This document shows, piece by piece, positions 13,501-25,600 of a stretch of DNA of 64,000 nucleotides. The notes under the pieces are model-generated. The model saw only the letters and a list, made by a program, of their open reading frames with translations, was not told the origin of the DNA and made no database searches. The position numbers and the translations under genes were made by a program. Location of the stretch: positions 22,713 through 86,712 of the forward strand of contig JAQGDQ010000865.1 of assembly GCA_030141605.1 (NCBI GenBank). The letters are read 5' to 3'. Origin of the DNA: Tubiluchus corallicola. Lineage: Eukaryota; Animalia; Priapulida. Position 1 is the first letter of the stretch. Each line of letters starts with the position of its first letter.

Positions 13501-16500
13501 ATCAGGGTTAGGGTTAGATTAGAACTTAGTGTTGGATCAGGGTTAGGGTTAGGTTAGAACTTAGTGTTGGATCAGGGTTAGGGTTAGATTAGAACTTAGT
13601 GTTGGATCAGGGTTAGGGTTAGGTTAGAACTTAGTGTTGGATCAGGGTTAGGGTTAGGTTAGAACTTAGTGTTGGATCAGGGTTAGGGTTAGGTTAGAAC
13701 TTAGCGTTGGATCAGGGTTAGACATAGGGTGGGTTAGGGTTAGTGCATTGTAATTGTAAACATTGCAAAGCAAGTTAAAAGTTTAGCTTATAAACAGCTA
13801 CAGTGCATATACAATACCTCTAGCGCTGCTATTATATTTCCAATGTCAAACTGAATCGGTTCCCGAGACAATTTAGCTTTCCTCTTCTTCTGAGTGCTCG
13901 ACTGCACGGTATCAGCTCTCTTCTCTTTCTTCTTCTTCTTTTTCTGCTTGCTTTTCTTTGCAAAGCCTTCAAGTGGTTCTACAGATCAAACGGCACATCT
14001 CGTACAGCATGTGTTTAAGATTTAAACACAAAAAAAGTGAAAACTATTTTCGTAAATGTTTTTGTGTTGTAAACTCAATAACATTTAGGCTTTGTTAATT
14101 TGACATGATTTTTAACTATGTAAATTAAAACTTTTAATAAAGTTGTCAAGTTTTAACTATAAAAAAAGTTATTTTTAACTAATTACAAAATAAACACGAT
14201 GATTAGTGTCTTCCACAATTCTGTATTTAAACTGTCAGTCACATCAGGTCACCATGGTAACAATGAACTTACGAAACTCACCTGTATCTGTTTGGCTGAC
14301 GGATGCTGACACGTTCGTTGATGATGCTGCCGCTTCCTCAGACTTCTCTAATGAATTCCTTGCGGGCTGCAATAGTCCGGCCGCTGCACTAGCAGGTTTC
14401 TGGTAGGAGGAAAGAAAGCTTGTTTGAAATGAACAGAAACAGGCGCCACGGTGAGGATCATGTACAGAACCGTTTGAAATCGCAGAGATGTAAAATTCGC
14501 TGGTATTTGCATTACATAATTAAACCACATTGTCAGCAACAAATCTGTTGCTTCAGAGTTTATACAATAATTATTGGAAAATATGAAAATTTGAGGCGTC
14601 ATCCTATACAAGGAAGACAACATGCGATAATTGATTACACCATAATTTCAATACGAAACATTTTTTGTACATTGTATAGTATAACTTGTTCTGCATCTGT
14701 CTAACATTTCGCTCCCACTAGGGGAGAACGTACATCAGTTGTAAAACTGTCTGTTTCAAACCTAGTCTGATGTTACATCTTCAACAAATTATGTTTAAAC
14801 CGAACTCAAATTTAGTATGGATCCACTATTACTCCCAAATCACGCATCTTTTGAAGGGTGACGTTACTCTAGAGTATAACTGCAAGTGCATTCAGATCCC
14901 ACGTTTGGCAAAACACATTTCTCAGATGCTATGGCCAGTTGTCATGCATTGGAGAAACCAGCAAGGATAAATAAAGCATTTTATTCAGATTCATCAGTAG
15001 CAATGAAAATGACACGATGAGGCAAACTTGTTTAACCCTTTCATACCCGTTGTATATGGGATACGAGAATATTTTCTGCCTTTAAAATTGATAAAATTTT
15101 AAAACTGACAGTTATTTGATCTGTTAATAGTTATTTTGATTTAAGCCAATAACAATAGACTAAAAATGGTGATAAAATGGCAAACTAGAAAATCTACATA
15201 GTATAAAAAACTGCGCAAGGTACAGTACTTTAGAGACGACTTTGTACAGATCAGCATAGCATGCATACTAAATGTCTTAAATACTTTAAAAAATTATCAG
15301 CAGTTGCAAAATGAAGCACATTTTATGCTTCCATTGAATCCCAATGTATCCCGTGGGATACAGGCTATATTTAGCACGCGGGCACAGGTAGAAAAAAACA
15401 ATTATTATGTGTAAACAAGATGGACATACTGAACAAAAATACCAAGCCAAAAACTTTTTTCTTATTAAAAAATAATTTGGGACTGAAAGCGTTAAGAAAG
15501 ACGAGTCACTAACTTGTTTTCCACGGACGGCGCTACTGTACGATATCCACGGTGCGGAGTTTTGTACAACCGGAGCTCCCGTACTCAGCGGAGTCGATCC
15601 TACTAAACTCGGATACGAATCCTGATCGCTAATCGCAGGAACTTTATCTGCATCTTAAACAAACATTAAGATTCTGATGATGCACGCAACAAGTGGAAAA
15701 AAAACAGGTTTGTACAGGAAAAAAACATGCTAATATCTACGAGTGTTGCAGTTAAAATAGATTTGCCCAATTTTAGGAAAATTGTATAAGTAGATAGGCT
15801 GAAATATAGAATGACTTTGCAACATCACAGGGTTCAAGATTCACCTATAAAACTATTTTTCATTTGTTCATTGTAAAGCTAAAACAAGTTCTCATTCGTC
15901 TACACTTTTGTGCTCAAGCATGGCGGCTATAATGAATTCCTAATCGTTAAACATGGTCGCAAGGTATAACAGCAATCCAGGCATGCCATTGGTCAAAATT
16001 TTTGAATATAATATTAGTGCGCTCAGTCTACTAAGCAAATTAGATTGCTGAACAGCTATAGCATTGCAAATATAGTCAAGAGACTCCAGTAGACATGTAA
16101 AGTGGAAGACCTGATTTGTGCTAAAGTTGTTCACTTTGTATCAAAACGGATGTGTTTAAAGGAAGGCAGGATGATTTTTTATATATTACCCCATTTTCAA
16201 GTATGATAAAAGTATACATTTCAACATAATTAACACTGCAAAAGCGTTTCTGATAATTAAATAAGATTAAAAACTTGATTAACGGCGGGCAAGCCCAACT
16301 ATTGATGACATCACAAACTAACATAATTTTCAACAGCAAAAATATTCCACGAGCGTGTTACACGTGTTTGCGAAAGCGAAAATTGAAGGACAGTGCCACT
16401 GTAAGATATTCAGTTTGTTGTACTAAAACTAAGCAAGTTTTAAAATAAAAATTCGTATTTCAAATTTACTGCCGTGCTCACACGTGAGCTGCCGAACGTG

Positions 16501-19500
16501 CGTAATTCATCACAAACTAACACATCAGAACTGAGAGGTACAGCACCTGCTTTTTGTAAAACGCGTTTCCGAAATGCAGGCGCCAGCACACGTCTAACTA
16601 GCAAATGGAAAAATGCATGTAACAGCGAAGAACTGGAAATTGTGTTTGTGTGGTAATACTTCTTTCACGCAAGTCGTTTTTTAAAAAAATAGTAAGTTTC
16701 CCTTCGATATTTTAAAGAGTAGATTGTTTTAACGTGCAGTTTAAGATTGGGTCAGGTTTTGCTTTAAATAAAAGACTCACAAAATCACCAAACAAAAAGT
16801 CAGCAAAAGTAGCAAATAAAGACAAGACTGTGACGTATAACAAACTTACGTTCAACATTTGGCACGCTCTCTTTCTTCTCATTAATTATTTTCTCTGAAT
16901 TATTTTTACTTTTATTCAAGTTCTCTCGCTGATTCTTCGTGAACGTCGGTTGCACATTACTAGCACCACTAGCGCCATCTTCGTTCAAAACTTTAGGCGG
17001 CGTGGGACTGGTTTTCGGTGACTTAACGGCTGCGGCGAAGAGTTTACTGCCCGTTGCATACGCGTTTGGTACTGTACTTGGCACTTTGGAATCGTCTAAG
17101 AAATTTGGCTTCACAAATGAGGCTTTTGAAATCATGTCTCTTTGTCTCGACGCTGGCCACCTGTCAACAGAAACAGCAACTTTAAGACTACAAAAACTTA
17201 AACTTATCGTTCAATACTTTGAATTAGTTACCCACACTCCACTCATAACATGGTTTGCCGGACAAAAGTGGGGACAGGTCGGTATGTATTTATCAATAGT
17301 AAGCTAATACAGTAGCCGCCATGTATTGTTGTCGGCATCCTTCTGTCTCGGAAGACAATGGAGTGTGCGCCAAGGGAGTCAGTTATTGATCACATTGATG
17401 GAGCTGCAGCGTCGACTGTGGCTGAGCAGTCCGATCCTTGAACGTCTCCAGGGTGCACGCCTGGACAAGGTGTATGGAGATCCCGAGTTGCCTAGACAAC
17501 AGGACCCCTCTCTTCCTCGCTAGTCCAAAGGAAAGCGGAGTGATACGTTTGATACCAGGTTGGCTGCAGGAGCTGCCGGAGTCAGTGAGCATGCTGCACT
17601 GGTCCGCTTTAGAGCCGCCATGTATTAGACTCAAGGTAATGTAGAATGAACCACCTAATTGCCTCAAAAACATCTAGTACGGACCGCTCCTGGCATACAA
17701 GTTGCACAAGCATCCTTACACGCTGCTTGGTTGCGCTGATGTAATGATGTAAACAAAGTGGTGGCCCGCCAACTAGCGGTCAGTTCACATCTAGTACGGG
17801 CCACTCCTATGCAAAAGTATACAAAAACCATCGGCAATTGACTCAATTGCAATAACTCTGCACAATTTTTCCTTCACCTGCTTAAATAAGACACTTTTGT
17901 GTGACCAATGAGCTTTCACTATTTTACTTTGCCTTACTTCGCTTTTGTACACTATAATATACATAGAAACAATTACTTCTGGTACAGTTGTTACTTGCTG
18001 CTTGGTTGTTACACTGATGTAATGATGTAAACAAAGTGACGGCCCGCCAGCCAGTGGTCAACTCACGAAATAATGGACTGGCTCTGTAGTATGTGAGACA
18101 TTTTAATGTCCAGATTTTCTCCGAATTGCCCAATATCCGTAAAAGCGAGGTCCGGCAAACCGAGATATGAGGTGTCTTAAGATCGTGAACGGTCAAATTA
18201 ACTTGCACTAGCGAAAGTCTTCACTGCATAATTACATTTAAAGTAGGCATACCTAACATCAGTTGTATCACATGACTGAGTACCGACTGAAGACACGGTT
18301 GATTTCACAGCAAACAACGGCGACCCTAACTCTTGCAGACTCTGCGTTTCCACTTGCGAGTTAAAATCTGAAAACAAAAACAGAAGCCATCCTTTGAATA
18401 AAAATCTGCTTAGAAATAACTAAGCTTTGCTGCATGTACATCCTGACTCAATGCATGCAATTGCCCATGTGGAAACACCCATCCATTCATTGAACATACA
18501 TGGTGTTGTTTAACTTAACTGCTGAACAAACACTCTGACTCGTAGATAGCTAAAATGGTAAAAGGATTCATAGCTTAAAGGAAAACCCGATTAGACCCAA
18601 TCTTGTTTTGATTTACTGTCGGTGAATATACATTTTCTTGCCTATAAAAATTGGCAATTGTTTCTATCTTGCAAAGTTAATTAATGGCAACCGAACGCAG
18701 CTATCACTTACGTCACAAACTAACCGCAGTTTGTACAATGGCAGGCATCTTCCCTGTGCAATGTGCACGTTTGTGTAAGCTTGTCACATTAGCCTGCAAA
18801 GTTAACTAATGGCAACCGAACGCAGCTATCACTTACGTCACAAACTAACCACAGTTTGTACAATAGCAGGCATCTTCCTTGTGCAATGTGCACGTTTGTG
18901 TAAGCTTGTCACATTAGCCTGCAAAGTTAACTAATGGCGACCAAACGCAGCTATCACTTACGTCACAAACTAACCACAGTTTGTACAATGGCAGGCATCT
19001 TCCCTGTGCAATGTACATGTTGTGTAAGCTTGTCACATTAGCGTGCAAAGTTAACTAATAGCAACCGAACGCAGCTATCACTTACGTCACAAACTAACCA
19101 CAGTTTGTACAATGGCAGGCATCTTCCTTGTGCAATGTGCACGTTTGCGTAAGCTTGTCACATTAGCCTGCAAAGGTAACTAATGGCAACCGAACGCAGC
19201 TATCACTTACGTCACAAACTAACCACAATTTGTGCAATGGTAGGCATCTTTCCTGCGTGTCAAGCATGTTTGTGTAAGCGAAGATGCCTCTGCCATCTGC
19301 TTTGGCGCAGTCCTGGGCCGGAATCCTATTCCCGTCAGGGTCGTCCAAGGAAAAAGAATCTGACGTCAGCGGGATTCGAACTTGTTTACTAGAGCAGGAT
19401 TCTCTGCCTGCTTTCCTAGACCTACCAGCTAAATTAAGTACCTGGTGATGTAATGGAAGGAGAAAGAGGTGAAGAGACGGACTAGCCACCTCCCTCTCTG

Positions 19501-19574
19501 CCTCTCTGTCCTTCTTTCTCTCGACCTCTCTCTCTCTTTCTGTCTCTCTTTCTCTGTCTTATTCTCTCAGTCTA

Positions 19575-19622
<48 letters not shown>

Positions 19623-22600
19623 CCTCCCTCCCTCTCTCTCTCGCTTTCTCTCTCTCTCTATGTGTGTGTCTCTCCTTCTCTCTTTCTCTTTCTCTCACTC
19701 TCTCTATCTTTCGCTCTCTTTATCTCTCCCCCCTCTCTCTCTCTCTCTCTCCATAAAACATATTATTGATCTTATTGACAAGTAATTTAAATTTTTGCTT
19801 GCTTAATAAAGAAAGTGCACTACAAATGCTCTGATTACTTTTCAAACTTTTGCAATCTTATCTAAACTTGATTCAAACAACTTGCCGCTAAAATGGCTGC
19901 ACCTAACGGTCATCGCGGGAGTTTATATTCACAAATTATGTATTGGGGCATCGTACATAGATACTGTAACCACTTATCTGAATGCCAGATCAGTCTACTC
20001 TAGGGGGTCATTCTATTTCTTCTTCTAGTGTATGAAGCCAAGTCACTGCTAGAACAAACCAACCTGTTTGCACTTCAGCATCCCTATAAACTATTGTATA
20101 CGACTCTGGCTTCTTTGCGTTACCGTACCGCCTCTGATGCCTGCTTCCGCCCCGGACGTCATGGTAACCCTAGCAAAAAAACACATCACGATTATCAACT
20201 ACTACGAAATGAGCAGTTTTGCAACAAACGATTAAGTTAAGCAACAGCAGACTCGGTCAGTGAACGAATGACCGTTTGCCATACTTGCGTACATGCACGC
20301 ATATGAGTAAGCACGATACAGTCAACCCTCGTTAAACCGGACTAATTGGGGTGTGGGTGGTCGATTGTCCGATTTATCCTATATGCCTATATATGGTCTA
20401 TATTATACAGGAATAATCACCTTAATAAGGCCTATATACATTGCACTATATACTATACTGTATATTACTTTAAAATAGTTAACCTGTGAGGATAAAGAAA
20501 TTATTGTACAGTTGGAAGGCCGTGTTGTGTTTAGCGCTCCGGCTCGGACGGAAATCGGTCAGTTTCCTTTACCATGGACGACGTCTGTCTTATCCGATAT
20601 CCGGGCTAACGGGGTCCGGTTTAACGAGGGTCGACGGTAGTTCTATGCAATTACATACGGATAAGTATTATTGCTACTGACATCAAAACCGGGCCAAAAA
20701 ACAACAATGTTAGACATGCTACACTGACAGATATTGAAATGTTGGCATCCTTCTGTCTTCGGAAGACAATGGAGTGTGCGCCAAGAGAGTCAGTTACTGA
20801 TCACAGTGATGGAGCTGCAGCGTCGACTGTGGCTGAGCAGTGCGATCCTTGAACGTCTCCAGGGCGCACGCCTGGGCAAGGTGTATGGAGATCCTGAGTT
20901 CCCCAGACAACAGGAAGCCCCTCTCTTCCTCCCTGGTGTAGTCCGAAGGAAAGCGGAGCGATACGTTTGGCACCAGGTTGGCTGCAGGAGCTGCCGGAGT
21001 CAGTGAGCATGCTGCACTGGTCTGCCTTCGGAGCTCCACTCCTGATTTGGAAGGTTTACTCCTCTACACATGGCCGTTGGGTCACTTGATCTCCTCCGCC
21101 CTCTAGCCGTTGGCTGCTTGTACAGCTCCTCTGCCTAGCGTCGAGATACAGTGTGGGCATCCCGCAAGCCTACAGCACCTGGTATTCCTAGGCGGTCACC
21201 CATCCAAGTACTAACCAGGCTCTATGTTGCTTAACTTCAGTGATCAGACGAGAACCGGTATTTTCAACATGATTTGGCCAGTCACTGACAGGTATAAATA
21301 TATTATTATAGACCATTTTTTTATTATTTTTTATTTTATTTTGTACGATTATGTACAGACACATATTTATATAACTATACAAAATATAACAGGAATTAAG
21401 TTAGCGTAAACACACACACAACAAAGAAAGAACTTAGTATGTGTAAACAATTTTTTTAAAATAAATTTTTTTAATTTCGTACATTAATGGCACATGAAAA
21501 TATCGTTAGTTTTCACATATTCTTCACACATATTATTGTAAACACACATTAAAAGCATTAGTAACTAGCCTTTTTACATTCATGTTACCAAACCGCAAAT
21601 ATGAGCCATACTTTCTTCTAAAATGACAATGACCATCGTTAGTTAGATACATTAGATACGTCGTTAGTTACATACATTAGATACGTCGTTAGTTAGATAC
21701 ATTAGATACGTCGTTAGTTAGATACATTAGATACGTCGTTAGTTAGATACATTAGATACGTCGTTAGTTAGATACATTAGATACGTCGTTAGTTAGATAC
21801 ATTAGATACGTCGTTAGTTAGATACATTAGATACGTCGTTAGTTAGATACATTAGATACGTTGTTAGTTAGATACATTAGATACGTCGTTAGTTACATAC
21901 ATTAGATACGTCGTTAGTTAGATACATTAGATACGTCGTTAGTTAGATACATTAGATACGTCGTTAGTTAGATACATTAGATACGTCGTTAGTTAGATAC
22001 ATTAGATACGTCATTAGTTAGATACATTAGATACGTTGTTAGTTAGGTACATTAGATATGTCGTTAGTTACATACATTAGGTACGTCGTTAGTTACATAC
22101 ATTAGATACGTCATTAGTTAGATACATTAGATACGTCATTAGTTAGATACATTAGATACGTCGTTAGTTACCTACATTAGATACGTCATTAGTTAGATAC
22201 ATTAGATACGTCGTTAGTTACATACATTAGATACATCATTAGTTAGATACATTAGATACGTCATTAGTTAGATACATTAGATACGTCATTAGTTAGATAC
22301 ATTAGATACGTCATTAGTTAGATACATTAGATACGTCGTTAGTTACATACATTAGATACGTCATTAGTTAGATACATTAGATACGTCGTTAGTTACATAC
22401 ATTAGATACGTCATTAGTTAGATACATTAGATACGTCATTAGTTAGATACATTAGATACGTCATTAGTTAGATACATTAGATACGTCATTAGTTAGATAC
22501 ATTAGATACATATCAAACAAAAGGTCTCGAACTAGTGTCATGCCATTGGGGGTTTTGGGGGCGAAAAGTCTCCAACTTATACCTCTTTTTTCTGAAGAAT

Positions 22601-25600
22601 GGGAATGGGCCATGGGTGGTGCCGGCGATGGATAGATAGCCCGTTTAGCGGTGGGCGTAGTAGGCATATTTAGAATTTGCGAGAAGGCCACAGCGTCCCG
22701 CAACGGATGTTTTCCCAGATGTTTTTCAAACAGCATGCGGAAAAAATGTTTTGGCGGCACCTGGTGGGACTCTCGAAAGGAGATATATAGCTCTTTAGAA
22801 AGAGGAAGAACAGGGCTACACGATGACGTGGGCTATGTTTTAGGACACGTCCACCAAGAGGAGTACCGACGAGTTAATTAGATGTTCTATTTTCCGCAAT
22901 TTTCGCTTGGAAAACTGACGCAAAGCCATTGTTCCGACGTCATCCATTATACTCTGTCTGTAAACTTATAGCTTTAATTCAGTAAAAGCTGCTGCTACTG
23001 GCTTTACGTTAGGTAAGTAAACAAACACTAGGTAGGATGTTCGCGTATTTTTGATTATGAGTAAATTTATATGCAAAATTTTTGCGGGGCCTTTGCTAGT
23101 TTTACATTAATATTTTTGAAAACCCGCGAAACAGCGAGTCCGCGATAAACGAACCGCGAAGTAGCGAGGGAACAGTGTAGATGAAAATGTCATTGCTAAC
23201 ACCAGAAAGAATCAGCACAAACGACAATGTTAACTAGTGAAAACTGCACTTACAGAAGGCTTGAAATTTGCTCCTCCGGGCTTTTTTGACTCCCCGAATT
23301 TAATTTTCCCATTGGCTGTTTTTACGGGAACATGAAACAGAGGTAAACTAGGGAAAAATCCTAAAAAATCACAAAACGTTATAGTTAAAACAACACATGT
23401 TCATTAAAATTTTAATATACATGTTAAAAATCATGTGAAACATTTCAATTAGCTGCTGCTGTCATCATCACTGGTAAATTTTTACAAGACTTACAACCAG
23501 TTTATACAGGCACAGCCTACAGTATAGAACATTATGCACTAATTATGCTGTTGACTAATTAGTGCATAATTTACTGTATCAATTTCTTTTCTACAGGTCT
23601 GCTTAATCATTACCTATTTGGCACAATTAGTGCATAATCAAATATCTGTGCAACGGTCATCCGCTGTATGCATTCTGATTGTTAAATTTACTGGCGTATA
23701 TAATTTCTGAAAGCATTGTTAACGTTAAAGAGATGTAGCCATTGTTAACGTTAAAGAGATGTAGCCATTGTTAACGTCAAAGAGATGTAGCCATTGTTAA
23801 CGTTAAAGAGATGTAGCCATTGTTAACGTTAAAGAGATGTAGCCATTGTTAACGTTAAAGAGATGTAGCCATTGTTAACGTTAAAGAGATGTAGCCATTG
23901 TTAACGTCAAAGAGATGTAGCCATTGTTAACGTTAAAGAGATGAAGCCATTGTTAACGTCAAAGAGATGTAGCCATTGTTAACGTCAAAGAGATGTAGCC
24001 ATTGTTAACGTTAAAGAGATGTAGCCATTGTTAACGTCAAAGAGATGTAGCCATTGTTAACGTCAAAGAGATGTAGCCATTGTTAACGTCAAAGAGATGT
24101 AGCCATTGTTAACGTCAAAGAGATGTAGCCATTGTTAACGTCAAAGAGATGTAGCCATTGTTAACGTTAAAGAGATGTAGCCATTGTTAACGTTAAAGAG
24201 ATGTAGCCATTGTTAACGTTAAAGAGATGTAGCCATTGTTAACGTTAAAGAGATGTAGCCATTGTTAACGTCAAAGAGATGTAGCCATTGTTAACGTCAA
24301 AGAGATGAAGCCATTGTTAACGTTAAAGAGATGTAGCCATTGTTAACGTTAAAGAGATGTAGCCATTGTTAACGTTAAAGAGATGTAGCCATTGTTAACG
24401 TTAAAGAGATGTAGCCATTGTTAACGTTAAAGAGATGTAGCCATTGTTAACGTTAAAGAGATGTAGCCATTGTTAACGTCAAAGAGATGTAGCCATTGTT
24501 AACGTTAAAGAGATGTAGCCATTGTTAACGTTAAAGAGATGTAGCCATTGTTAACGTTAAAGAGATGTAGCCATTGTTAACGTCAAAGAGATGTAGCCAT
24601 TGTTAACGTTAAAGAGATGTAGCCATTTTTTACTTTAATTGCAAGTGCTAAAATAAGAAAGTATTTGGGTGGTGCAGTAAAGCACCTGCTAAAAATCCGG
24701 TTTTCCCTCCAGCTGCTTATCTGTGGAATTTTCTGCCAGGAGACTGTTTCCCTGAGAATTAAAAACTCGCTGAATTAAAAAATAGCATCAATAGATGCCT
24801 TTCGTCAGCAGCTAATCAGCAAATTTTAATTCCTCAAAAATTAAACAAGTGACTGTTGCCTGTCTATATGATTCAAAGTTTGAAAAATTAAAATGCTACT
24901 GTATAAATTTAATATATTTATTAAGTGGAATTATGTAAAAAATGAATAAATTCACAATGATAACCTGCAGCAGGAAGAGGTGCAGTAGGTGTCTCTCCTA
25001 AAAGAGGCGACGGATACACGGAATTATAACCACGTAGGCAACTCTCGAATGCTTCCTCGCCAGGTGTGTACACTGCAGTACCTGCGCACGTTGGCGGAAA
25101 ATTGTTGGGCAGTGGACCGTTACCTCTGCCAAATTTTGCCTTTTGAAAACTGCAACATACAAAAACAATTTTAAACAAATTTTGTATCCATGTGAATAAA
25201 TTTATTGTCTTGTGATTATGGATTAACTTACAGTCAAGCTCGGATATCAGGGACACCTCCGGACTGGAAGAAACAGTCCCTTACAGCTCAACCTCGGATA
25301 TCACGGATACCTCGAGACCGTAAAATACCATCCCTTATATCCGATGTCCCTTATAGCCGAAGTTGAGTCAAACTGAGGGTGTACCTAGACCTGTACTTTT
25401 CTGTACTTTTACCCGTATTTTTATGGATTATTGCTACACATTCAATGCAAACGGTATGTAGGAAGCTCCTTCAGTGATGCGAGATGTATGTGACCGCGTA
25501 AACCGAGCTGTTTGAAGGTCGAGTTTGCGAAAAATTGAGGTCAAAAATCAATCAATTTCGCTTTGATCATAGGGTCCCTTATAAGCAAGATAATTTACCT

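Noticed and set aside
12345-13745. True telomere or chromosome-fusion scar
   Set aside because: The unit is a 35-bp composite in a single orientation, inside an intron of an intact gene.
19310-19440. tRNA gene (GTTCGAATCC B-box on the minus strand); similar at 41812-41872
   Set aside because: No intact cloverleaf. More likely decayed tRNA-derived SINE heads.
21166-21283. Functional 5S rRNA gene (also 47853-47976)
   Set aside because: No poly-T terminator, fused to a shared SINE body, TSD-flanked in the full copy, and diverged between copies.
21636-24627. CRISPR-like arrays (25-, 26-, 35- and 43-bp periodic repeats, some palindromic)
   Set aside because: All are head-to-tail tandem repeats without unique spacers. 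Eukaryotic introns, no cas genes.
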